Shown here: positions 29,473 through 37,719 of the stretch, piece after piece
Layout: the number at the start of each line of letters is the position of its first letter
Position numbering within the stretch: the first letter of the stretch is position 1
Virus record (IMG/VR): IMGVR_UViG_3300037422_000298
DNA from: a virus
Lineage: Duplodnaviria; Caudoviricetes
DNA: 64,000 nucleotides
Strand: one strand, 5' to 3'
Position numbers and translations under genes: made by a program
Notes under the pieces: generated by a model
Told to the model about the DNA's origin: nothing
Databases searched by the model: none
The model's input: the letters and a program-made list of their open reading frames with translations, nothing else

Positions 29473-30261
29473 ATGCTGGCACAGTTCCTTCCACAGCAGC
29501 AGTTCCCGCAACAGCAGTTCCCGCAACAGCAGTTCCCGCAACAGCAGTTCCCGCAACAGCAAGCAACTGCCGCGGGCTCGTATCCACCAGGTACGGTCGT
29601 CGCACGCAGCGCCAAAACCGGACGGTTCCGCGTTGCGATTCCGACGGCGTTGATGTCGCAATATGTGGCGCCGTCGGCGACGATCGCGACGAGCACGACC
29701 ACGCCACCGGGTTTCGATCCACAGCGATTCCCGGCACAGCAGAACATGCAGTTCCCCCAATCGGGGTTCCCACAGCAGCAGTTTCCTCAACCAGGATTTC
29801 CGCAGCAACAGTTCCCGCAACAGCCGTTCCCGCAGCAGCCGTTCCCGCAGCAGCCGCAGTTCCAACCGGGATTCTTTCCTGACGAAGAGGAATTCTTTGG
29901 GCTCGGTCAGACGCCCGGCGTCACGGCGGACTCGACCGAAGTTCCGACGAACGTCTCAACTCCACCCGTCACGACGACAGGAACGGTTGCACCGACCATC
30001 ACCGAAGCGGACTTCGAAAAGAAGACCGGGCAGGTTCCGTTCTTCAAGAAGCCGCTGTTCTGGGTCGTCGTTGCAGGTGTCGCGATCGTCGGTGGCGGGA
30101 TCTGGTTCATGCGGCGCAAGACTGTCGCCGCTGGACTCGGTGGCGCGTGCCCCGAGGGTCAGCTCTGGATCGAATCGCGCGAAACCTGCGTCAACGCCAA
30201 GAAGTACTGGGATGATCCAGAAGGCACACTTCGCAAGCTGGGGCCGCGTCGGAGGCGCTGA
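29473..30261 (+). CDS. membrane-anchored virion protein family B with QQFP repeats
   Basis: (QQQFP)n and QQPFP tracts; YPPGTVVA...FRVAIP; TEADFEKKTGQVPFFKKPLFW+TM. Confidence 0.7.
   Translation: MLAQFLPQQQFPQQQFPQQQFPQQQFPQQQATAAGSYPPGTVVARSAKTGRFRVAIPTALMSQYVAPSATIATSTTTPPGFDPQRFPAQQNMQFPQSGFPQQQFPQPGFPQQQFPQQPFPQQPFPQQPQFQPGFFPDEEEFFGLGQTPGVTADSTEVPTNVSTPPVTTTGTVAPTITEADFEKKTGQVPFFKKPLFWVVVAGVAIVGGGIWFMRRKTVAAGLGGACPEGQLWIESRETCVNAKKYWDDPEGTLRKLGPRRRR
29488..29560 (+). repeat. 15-bp coding tandem repeat (QQQFP)
   Basis: CAGCAGTTCCCGCAA repeated about four times; related tract 29750-29880. Confidence 0.85.
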
Positions 30262-30264
30262 ACC

Positions 30265-30390
30265 GTGGCTGCGATCGAAGAACGTAAGGGCGTGCTGTTG
30301 GGGATCGCTGGTCTCCTCCTCTCGGCAGGCATCATGATCGCGATGGGCTTCCACAAGCCCGTCCGACGACACGCGCGTACGCGGCGCTAA
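30265..30390 (+). CDS. 41-aa single-TM microprotein, not in ORF track
   Basis: GTG..AAIEERKGVLLGIAGLLLSAGIMIAMGFHKPVRRHARTRR* fills the gap. Confidence 0.55.
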   Translation: MAAIEERKGVLLGIAGLLLSAGIMIAMGFHKPVRRHARTRR

Positions 30391-30427
30391 CCTGCGATCG
30401 CGCGCGCGATCGTGATACAGTTACCGC

Positions 30428-31084
30428 GTGTTTCAGGCGTCACGCATGCCGACGTTCGCGACGTCAGTCGGGGTTGCACCGTCGACTACGACGATGCAGC
30501 TTTCTGATGCCTGTGACCCTGTAACGGCGTGCAGTCCTGCGGCGACTGCAATTTGGCGGTCACAGAGAAGCGGCATGCCGATGTTGGTGCCCGCGGCCGT
30601 GCCGCAAGCACCGCCAACGCCGCGACCTGCGCCTGAAGCACTGCCGATGTTCCTACCGGAACCGGAAATCACTCGCGCCCATCCGAGGTTCTATATGCCC
30701 TACGCATCACTCGAAGATCTGCGTTCCGCTGCTGGCCTCGGGATCATCAACGAGTCCGACGCATGGCTGACCGGACGTCCGTACGGCCTGCCGGGGACCG
30801 CCACCGTGCGGTTGATGCAGCGTCCGGGTGGCTATCACAGCCCGAACGGCTACCACTACGACGCCACGATGGTCGGCGGTGGATTCGGCGACGCCGATAC
30901 GCAAGCAATCAACACGACGATGCAGCAGCTCGTCGTCGCGCAGCAAGCACAGCAAGCGCATCTCAAGCGCATCGCGTTCTGGCAGGCCTTGACGGGTGGT
31001 CTCGTCGTCGGCTCGATCGCAGTCGGTACGGTTCTCGGGATCGTCGGCGCTGTTCGTCAGCAGCGTCGTCGTGGAGGTCGGTGA
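30428..31084 (+). CDS. membrane-anchored virion protein with capsid-like N-terminal peptide
   Basis: VGVAPSTTT motif; GGFG; C-terminal TM + RRR; palindrome + TGATACAGT + 6 nt + GTG. Confidence 0.65.
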   Translation: MFQASRMPTFATSVGVAPSTTTMQLSDACDPVTACSPAATAIWRSQRSGMPMLVPAAVPQAPPTPRPAPEALPMFLPEPEITRAHPRFYMPYASLEDLRSAAGLGIINESDAWLTGRPYGLPGTATVRLMQRPGGYHSPNGYHYDATMVGGGFGDADTQAINTTMQQLVVAQQAQQAHLKRIAFWQALTGGLVVGSIAVGTVLGIVGAVRQQRRRGGR

Positions 31085-31536
31085 TGCTCGGTATCTACGT
31101 CAACGAGATGCAACGCAGTGTCGGCTTCGGCAATGCGGGCGGCTACTACCGAACCCGCATCGTTCCGTACAGACACTTCGCGCCGTACCGCCCCGGCGCG
31201 ATCGCCGTCGATCGCCGCACGCACCTCGGTGACGTTCCCAACGACTTCGAAGCATCAGTCGATCTGCAGTACATCCCCGTTCGACAGGGTTGGTACTACG
31301 GGCAGCCGGTCGACGGTCGCGGGTACCCCGACAGGTCCAATGGGTTCGGTCAAGCGCCACCGACGACACCTACGACGTCCACCGAGCTGGATCGCATTGC
31401 GAAGCTCGAACGCACGCAGACGATCCTTCAAATCGTCTCGACGATTTCGATCGCGGCGATTGCATCACTGACGATCGCCAAGGCCGTCGTCTCCGTTCGA
31501 CGCCGTCGATTCGGGCTCACGGCGGAAGAAGATTGA
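31084..31536 (+). CDS. membrane-anchored virion protein
   Basis: MLGIY...VGFGN leader; NGFGQ; TM followed by RRRRFG. Confidence 0.6.
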   Translation: MLGIYVNEMQRSVGFGNAGGYYRTRIVPYRHFAPYRPGAIAVDRRTHLGDVPNDFEASVDLQYIPVRQGWYYGQPVDGRGYPDRSNGFGQAPPTTPTTSTELDRIAKLERTQTILQIVSTISIAAIASLTIAKAVVSVRRRRFGLTAEED

Positions 31537-31541
31537 TCGTT

Positions 31542-31781
31542 ATGCCACGACGTAAGATCAAAGGTCAGTTCTGTGAAAAGACGCTCGCGCCCAAGACGGC
31601 GTTCGACAAGCGGAGCTTTCGCTATAAGAAGTCCGGCAAGAGCTGGCTGCTCGTCGGTTGTCCAACAGGCAAGTGGAACGCGAAGACGAACTACTGTCGT
31701 GTTGGGACACGTGCGCACAAACTTCTCGCGGCTCGCCGCGGTACAAGTTGTCCAACCAACGCCAAGCGCGTCGTGAAATAA
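31542..31781 (+). CDS. small basic Cys-containing protein
   Basis: MPRRKIKGQFC...; Lys/Arg rich. Confidence 0.55.
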   Translation: MPRRKIKGQFCEKTLAPKTAFDKRSFRYKKSGKSWLLVGCPTGKWNAKTNYCRVGTRAHKLLAARRGTSCPTNAKRVVK

Positions 31782-31790
31782 GGAGATCTG

Positions 31791-32324
31791 ATGCTCACCG
31801 TCAACTACAGCGGTTTTGGTACGACTCTCAGTCCTTCGCAGCAGGCCGCGCAGCCGCGATACACGTGCGCCGAGCGAAACACCAAGGGTCGATGCATGAG
31901 GTGGGTCCAGAGAGCATCAGGGTTTGGATGGGGGTTCGGCGCAGCACTCACCGAAGACGAGATCATCAAGCTCGCGCAAGAAGTCTCCGAGAAGGCGAAT
32001 GCAAACGGCGCCGCCGTTCTCGAAGTCACGAACATCTTCCGGCTGATCGATGACCAGGCGAGCCAGGATGCGGTCGCGCTCCGCGCGGCGGGACTCGTCG
32101 CGGCGGTGGCAGGCAAGGCAACCTCGATCCAGGCGAGCCTTGCGGAGGCGCGACTGCTGGGTGCGCCTCCGCCGCTCGTGTCACCGACGGAGCCTGCACC
32201 TGCAACACCCACAACGACGGTGGCAGGTCTCTCGCGTGGTGCGAAGATCGGAATCGGCGTTGCTGCCGCTGGCCTGCTCGCGGTGGGACTGACGCTCGGT
32301 ATCAGTGCAGCGCGGCGTCGGTGA
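31791..32324 (+). CDS. membrane-anchored virion protein family C
   Basis: AGGAG SD; MLTVNYSGFG; LA.EV.EK.N..G.....VTNIFRL domain; TM + RRR. Confidence 0.65.
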   Translation: MLTVNYSGFGTTLSPSQQAAQPRYTCAERNTKGRCMRWVQRASGFGWGFGAALTEDEIIKLAQEVSEKANANGAAVLEVTNIFRLIDDQASQDAVALRAAGLVAAVAGKATSIQASLAEARLLGAPPPLVSPTEPAPATPTTTVAGLSRGAKIGIGVAAAGLLAVGLTLGISAARRR

Positions 32325-32330
32325 TCGTAC

Positions 32331-33068
32331 ATGCTGAGCGTGACCATCACGCGTCCTTGGAACGACACGACGCTGGGTAGAGGCAACTGCGGTTCACGCA
32401 GCTACCCAAACGTCGGTGACAACACGATCCAAGCGATCACGGCGGCGCTTCAGCAGGGCGGTGCGATCATCACAGGCAACAACCCGTGGGATGTCGATAC
32501 GCGTCAGCACGGCGTCAAGTTGCGCGGTACGTGGGACCCTAGTTCTCAAATACTCGTCGTGGAAATCATCGACAGCGCCTTCCTTGCGCCGTGTTCCAGA
32601 GTGGTAAGCGCGGTCGACACCCAACTCAGGCAGGTCATTGCGGCCAATCCATCGCCACAGTCTGGCTTGCCGAGCATCACACTCGCCGCTGATCTCGAAT
32701 CGCTCGCCAACGAAGTTGCAGAAAAGAGCAATCCATCAGGCGTCTCCGAAGTCAACGTCACCAACATTTTTCGGCTCACGCCGAGCGCCGCTGACCGCAA
32801 CGCCATCGCGCTGCGAGCGATAGCAATCGTAAGTGGGGTGTCGGCGGGGAAAGTTGCTTCGATTCAAGCGAGCTTGGCAGAAGCTAACGAGCTGAGTCCC
32901 ATAACGACCGACGAGCCTATATTGCCCTCGACGCCAGAAGCCGTCGTTGAACCGACAGCCTCTGGCATGTCGCTTGGCGCCAAGGTTGGTATCGGCGCCG
33001 CGATCGCGGGTGCGTTGGTGCTCACGGCTTTGGTGATTCGCCGCGCTGTTGGTACGATGCGGCCGTGA
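32331..33068 (+). CDS. membrane-anchored virion protein family C
   Basis: Shares VTNIFRL...A(V/I)ALRA...SIQASLAEA domain and GAK.GIG TM with 31791..32324. Confidence 0.65.
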   Translation: MLSVTITRPWNDTTLGRGNCGSRSYPNVGDNTIQAITAALQQGGAIITGNNPWDVDTRQHGVKLRGTWDPSSQILVVEIIDSAFLAPCSRVVSAVDTQLRQVIAANPSPQSGLPSITLAADLESLANEVAEKSNPSGVSEVNVTNIFRLTPSAADRNAIALRAIAIVSGVSAGKVASIQASLAEANELSPITTDEPILPSTPEAVVEPTASGMSLGAKVGIGAAIAGALVLTALVIRRAVGTMRP

Positions 33069-33514
33069 GGCCTACGCTCCGCAGTCCGCCGATTGATGTA
33101 TCTCTCGTCGCGCCGAATCTGTTTGTCGGCGCGCGGCCACCACCAGGGCGTTATCGTTGGGTCGGCGTGATCGTGTTGTGTGCCCGTGAGTATCAACTGC
33201 CGAGCTACGCCTTTCCGGGCGTCACCGTTTTGCACGTACCGCTCGATGATGATTCAACACGCCCGATGCATCACCACGAGATCGTCCTTGCAACGTCAAA
33301 CGCGCGTACAATGGCGCGGTATCTACATGCAGGGCATCGCGTGCTGTCGACGTGCCACATGGGCCTCAATCGCTCCGCGCTCGTGGCAGGACTCGCGATG
33401 CGGCAAGCCTTCGGCATGTCTCCAACAGACGTGATCGAGCAGATCCGTAGTCAGCGTGGACCGCGGGCGCTATCGAATCCACGCTTTCGGCAACTCATTC
33501 ATCGATTCGCGTGA
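33065..33514 (+). CDS. dual-specificity protein phosphatase
   Basis: PNLFVG, HVPLDD, VLSTCHMGLNRS (Cx5R), LSNPRF. Confidence 0.85.
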   Translation: MRPTLRSPPIDVSLVAPNLFVGARPPPGRYRWVGVIVLCAREYQLPSYAFPGVTVLHVPLDDDSTRPMHHHEIVLATSNARTMARYLHAGHRVLSTCHMGLNRSALVAGLAMRQAFGMSPTDVIEQIRSQRGPRALSNPRFRQLIHRFA

Positions 33515-33882
33515 CGTGCGCGGCGGCGGCGTACCGCAAGTGCGAGCTGTTGACGTGCGGCAAGCGCGTGGTGACGGCGCGCCGCGAAACTTCCACGCGA
33601 ACGTGAACGCTTGGAACCTCGCGAGCGTCGCCACTTCGTGCCGCGTCGGCCGCGCTCGAACACCGTGTACGAGATCAAGAACATCGATACCAGTGTCGAG
33701 CTGAGCAACGAAGCTGTGATCAATCGCTTGTCGCGAACGCCTGCGATCGCCAGACCGGGCATGATCAGCGCGGATCGCAGCAGCCAGTGTCCGAGGAACT
33801 TCGGGAAGGCTCCCGGCTCGCCGTCGAGCACGCCGCAGACAGAAGCCGAAGAAGGGGCGGTGGGACAAGTACTCGACGCCAC
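33499..33882 (-). CDS. small membrane protein with Arg-rich tail
   Basis: Two hydrophobic segments; palindrome + TGGTACGTT + 6 nt + GTG. Confidence 0.55.
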   Translation of the reverse strand: MASSTCPTAPSSASVCGVLDGEPGAFPKFLGHWLLRSALIMPGLAIAGVRDKRLITASLLSSTLVSMFLISYTVFERGRRGTKWRRSRGSKRSRSRGSFAARRHHALAARQQLALAVRRRRARHANR

Positions 33883-33921
33883 GAAGGCAACGTACCACGA
33901 TCGCTCGCGCGATCGCCAGGT

Positions 33922-34209
33922 CTAGACGGCAGGCGCAAGAATGAGCACGGTGTCAGGGTCGTCGGAATTCGACATCGGCAGTCGGTACTTCGTGATGAGC
34001 CGCCTGGCCTCGTCGCGCAGTGCTATGTCGTCGATCACACGGTGCCACTTCGGGTTGACCCGCGAGCGCGATATCACGCAAAACGTCACGGGTTCGCCGA
34101 GACGCCATGCCATCGCGAGACCGTCGACCTCGGAGATCCGGAAGTACAGCTGCCGGATCTCCAGAGGGACGACTTGGTTGTGCCGACTCTCGCGGGTCGG
34201 GACGCTCAT
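33922..34209 (-). CDS. hypothetical protein
   Basis: MSVPTRESRH... start overlaps stop of 34209..36734. Confidence 0.45.
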   Translation of the reverse strand: MSVPTRESRHNQVVPLEIRQLYFRISEVDGLAMAWRLGEPVTFCVISRSRVNPKWHRVIDDIALRDEARRLITKYRLPMSNSDDPDTVLILAPAV

Positions 34210-36734
34210 TACGAAGCGTCGCCGCCGGTCGGAACGAGCGCACCGCCGGACTCGACAGGATCCGGTTGGTCGGTGTCGACCTCGACTTCTTCGATCAGGA
34301 TACGCACGCATTCCTGACGGAAGTCCGAGGGCGCCTTTGGCAACATCACGTCGATGAAGTCCGCCCAACGTTCTTGTTGGAACAGCACGAACGCGGGGAT
34401 GACGAGCTGGTTCGACACGACATGCTCGACGCCTTGCAGGATCGCATCGATCACCTTGTCGGGTGTCAGCTTGCCTTCAGCGACGCCGCGCCGTAGGCGC
34501 TGCACGCTCTCCAGTGCGATGCCGAACATCTCTTCTTCGGTCGGGCCTGTGTTGTTCGGCGGCGGGGGCGGCTCGACGTACCCTTCGATCGGGCCGGTCT
34601 GTTTGGCTTGTGCTACCGGCTCGGCTGGATCGATCGGACCGGTGCGCTTCGGTTGTGTATTGCCCAGACCTGCAGCCGTGTGACCGTTCGATGGTTGTGC
34701 CGTTGGCTGCTGCGGGTGCGGCTGTGCTGCTGGCTGCTGCGGCTTCGTACTTGCGTTCGCATTCACGACCGGCGGCGGAGGTGCCCACTGACCGCCTTGC
34801 GCACGCGCCTGTGCTTGCGCTTGCGTGTACATCGCTTGCGATCGCAGCTGCGCGTCGGCTTGGATCTTCATCTGGTCGCGTTGCGCTTCGGCGGTCTTGA
34901 CCTTGGCCTCGCTGATCACCGAATCGCGCTTCACCGCGAGGAATCGCTCGGCGACTTCGCTCGCACGACCGATACCCTCTTGGATCAGGCGAACGGCAGG
35001 CGGTTCACCGCCGCCACCGCTCATCTCCATGACGGTCTGCGCGGCGTTCTTGTAGAGGTTGCCGATCTCGCCGACCGACTGGATCATGCTGCGCATCACG
35101 CCGTCGGAGCCTTGCGAGCTGTCCTTCATGATCGCCGCGAGCTGTGCCGGGGCGACCATGAACTGCGCCATGCGTTCGGTGGACTGTTGTTGCATGCGCG
35201 AGATCTCACGCATGTTGTCGGCGTTTGCGCGCGCGGTTTCCTTCATCATGTCGATCACGGGATCGCTCGCATTCCGCGCCGTCATGAGCTGCTCGAATCG
35301 GCGTTCGGTAGCAGCCTGCTGTTCACGCATCTCGCGCTGCAGGGTCTCTTCGCGCCGTTCGCGCTCGTAGCGCTCGCGCTCGCGCTCGCGCTCGTGACGC
35401 TCGTTTTCGATTCGGCGTGCGTCCTCCTGACGCTGACGTTCGAACTCGCGCGCCTGGCGATCTTGCTCCTCGCGGAGTCGCCGGTACTCGTCGGTCTCGC
35501 CGCGCGGCTGTTCGTTCATCCGTACGATCTGATCACGGAGTGCTTGAACTTGCGCGTCGCTTTGCGCGCGCATCTGTGCGAGCTGCTGTTCGGCGATTTG
35601 TCGTTGCAGCGCTGCTTGTTCTGCGGCGGCTTGCTCACGCAGTCGCTGCTGCTCGGCTTGCGCCGCTTCGCGCAGTCGCTGTTGCTCTTCGCGCATGCGA
35701 CGGACTTCTTCATCTTCGCCCTTGCCGCGGCTCTCGCCCATGCGGCGGATCTCTTCCTGCATCGCCTGGAGCTGTTGCGCGTGCTGCTGCTGAAGCTGCT
35801 GTAGTGCTTGCTGTTGCGACGCCTGGATCCGATCGAGCGTCGTCTTGTACTCCAGCTCCTTCTGGTTCAGCTCGGCTTGGCGCAGCTTCTGCTCCAGCTC
35901 ACGCTTCTCGGCTTCGCGCTTCTCGTTCTTCTCGTCGTCTTCGAAGAATCGCGCGTTGCGACGTCGATCGTACTCGTCTTCATACGGCCGCGAACGCGGG
36001 TAGCCGTAGCCCATGCCCTGACCGGGACCTCCGAACGGGCCGCCGAAGTTCGACTGCGGGTAGCCCCACGGACCTTGCGGCATGCCCCACGGACCTTGCG
36101 GTGCGCCCCACGGTCCCATCGGGTTCGCGCCCCACGCGCCTTGCGGGTTCCACATTGGTGGAGCTTGCGGCATTGGCGGCGCCTGTGTCATGAGCGGCGT
36201 CATCGCAGGTGCATTGGGTGCGACTGGCGCAGGCATCACAGGTCCGGTGTGTGGTGGGTTGTTGTAGCCGAGCGCCGTTCCAGTTGGAGGCCAGCCAGTC
36301 TGCTGTTGCAGCCCGAGCGGCTGTGCGCCTGGTGGGATGTTTTGCGGGCCAGCGATAGGCGGAGCTGCCGCGGGCACGTTGGCGCCATACATCGCGGCTT
36401 CGGCTGTGTTGGGTGGGATCTTCTCCGGGTACATCCGCGGGTCCCACACGCCTTGCCACGTCATGCGCTCGCCCTTCGCGTCGGTGACGGTGAACTCGTA
36501 ATAGCCGCCGCCCGACCACTTCGTGAGGATGAAGTTCTCCAGCTGCAGCACTTCATCGCGCGTCCAGCCAGTGCCAGGAGGTGAGAAGCCGGTCTGCTCG
36601 CTGCCCTTCGGCGGAAGCTCGATCGGTTGACGCACGTTGCCGCGCATCTTCTCGACACGCACAGTCAACGGCTCGTGCATGCTCTGCAGCTTGACTTGAT
36701 CGAAACGCTGCTCTTTCTCTTTCTGCGCGGCCAT
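34209..36734 (-). CDS. large Pro/Gln-rich coiled-coil protein
   Basis: 841 aa; GPWG repeats, long E/R/Q coiled coil; GAGGAG SD, two palindrome boxes upstream. Confidence 0.75.
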   Translation of the reverse strand: MAAQKEKEQRFDQVKLQSMHEPLTVRVEKMRGNVRQPIELPPKGSEQTGFSPPGTGWTRDEVLQLENFILTKWSGGGYYEFTVTDAKGERMTWQGVWDPRMYPEKIPPNTAEAAMYGANVPAAAPPIAGPQNIPPGAQPLGLQQQTGWPPTGTALGYNNPPHTGPVMPAPVAPNAPAMTPLMTQAPPMPQAPPMWNPQGAWGANPMGPWGAPQGPWGMPQGPWGYPQSNFGGPFGGPGQGMGYGYPRSRPYEDEYDRRRNARFFEDDEKNEKREAEKRELEQKLRQAELNQKELEYKTTLDRIQASQQQALQQLQQQHAQQLQAMQEEIRRMGESRGKGEDEEVRRMREEQQRLREAAQAEQQRLREQAAAEQAALQRQIAEQQLAQMRAQSDAQVQALRDQIVRMNEQPRGETDEYRRLREEQDRQAREFERQRQEDARRIENERHERERERERYERERREETLQREMREQQAATERRFEQLMTARNASDPVIDMMKETARANADNMREISRMQQQSTERMAQFMVAPAQLAAIMKDSSQGSDGVMRSMIQSVGEIGNLYKNAAQTVMEMSGGGGEPPAVRLIQEGIGRASEVAERFLAVKRDSVISEAKVKTAEAQRDQMKIQADAQLRSQAMYTQAQAQARAQGGQWAPPPPVVNANASTKPQQPAAQPHPQQPTAQPSNGHTAAGLGNTQPKRTGPIDPAEPVAQAKQTGPIEGYVEPPPPPNNTGPTEEEMFGIALESVQRLRRGVAEGKLTPDKVIDAILQGVEHVVSNQLVIPAFVLFQQERWADFIDVMLPKAPSDFRQECVRILIEEVEVDTDQPDPVESGGALVPTGGDAS

Positions 36735-36885
36735 GGAGATCTCCTCGACGGGTCGATCGCTCGCGCGATCAACGTTCGATCGCGGATGCGACTGCTATGG
36801 GTGAGTCGAGGCCACTCTAAGGGTGCGATAGATCGTTGTCAACGCAGGTTCAGTCGCGTCTGCGATTGACGTCCCGAGTCGTAGT

Positions 36886-37347
36886 GTGTACGACGACGAG
36901 ATGGGGTCCATCATCACTGCGCCCGAGCGTACGTTCACCCGAGCACGACGCTGCGCGAACTGCACCGCCTTCGAATGCGGGACAATGTCGCACCAGAAGT
37001 GGAACGAGCACCGCAAGGCGCGAATCGAGGACTACCTGCGGACGGCGCCGATCGCGCGCCTGGCCGACATGGAGAGCCCGAACTGGTCTCCAGCCGAGAT
37101 GAAGGACGCCCGGCTACAACAGCTCCACCAGATGGATCAGATGATCGCTCACGGGGTCGCTGGTTTGTGTATGAAAGGCGCGCGTCCGAAGTCCGACGGC
37201 GGTCCCGAGGGCGACTTCGTTCATTGCGACTTCTTGTGTAACCGTTGGATCGGTCGCGAAGGGCATTCGGTCGCAACGCAGGGTCACGAGGATAAACTCA
37301 ACGAGGAGTTGCACGAGATCGCCGAAGATCGCGCGAAGAAAGGCTAG
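36886..37347 (+). CDS. Cys-rich hypothetical protein
   Basis: CANC ... HCDFLC motifs. Confidence 0.55.
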   Translation: MYDDEMGSIITAPERTFTRARRCANCTAFECGTMSHQKWNEHRKARIEDYLRTAPIARLADMESPNWSPAEMKDARLQQLHQMDQMIAHGVAGLCMKGARPKSDGGPEGDFVHCDFLCNRWIGREGHSVATQGHEDKLNEELHEIAEDRAKKG

Positions 37348-37356
37348 ACCGCGCAG

Positions 37357-37719
37357 ATGACTACGCTCCTCCTCTACGCCATCACGACCACCGCGCTCTA
37401 CTACCTGTTCGCACGGGCTATGATCACGAAACCGCTGTGGTCTCGGTATCCTCGTTGGCTCGATTACTACACGATGTGCGCAGCCTGTTCGGGCTTCCTA
37501 TACGGGGTCGTAGTCGCTCTTGCGATCGGTTGGACGCAGGATCTACCGTTTCTAGGTCTCGATGGCCGATTTTGGGCCACGCCTGTCCTTGTCGGGCTAG
37601 GTTCGCTTGTGTGGACACCCATTATGGGTGATTTCCACATGCGGGCGCTTCTACAGCTCGGCGTTCCTGACCCGAAGGTAGATACGGTAGATTCGCCTCC
37701 AACCGAGGGTGCATCTTGA
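37357..37719 (+). CDS. membrane protein with CxxC
   Basis: Three hydrophobic segments, MCAACSGF. Confidence 0.6.
   Translation: MTTLLLYAITTTALYYLFARAMITKPLWSRYPRWLDYYTMCAACSGFLYGVVVALAIGWTQDLPFLGLDGRFWATPVLVGLGSLVWTPIMGDFHMRALLQLGVPDPKVDTVDSPPTEGAS

Noticed and set aside
34608-36584. Long plus-strand ORFs (34608..35804, 35808..36584) and similar antisense ORFs such as 7003..8064 and 5382..6350
   Set aside because: Shadow frames of GC3-biased genes on the opposite strand; no motifs or start signals
34209-36734. Tail tape-measure protein
   Set aside because: Lacks the Ala/Gly-rich amphipathic repeats and neighbouring tail genes; it is a Q/E/R coiled coil with Pro-rich segments
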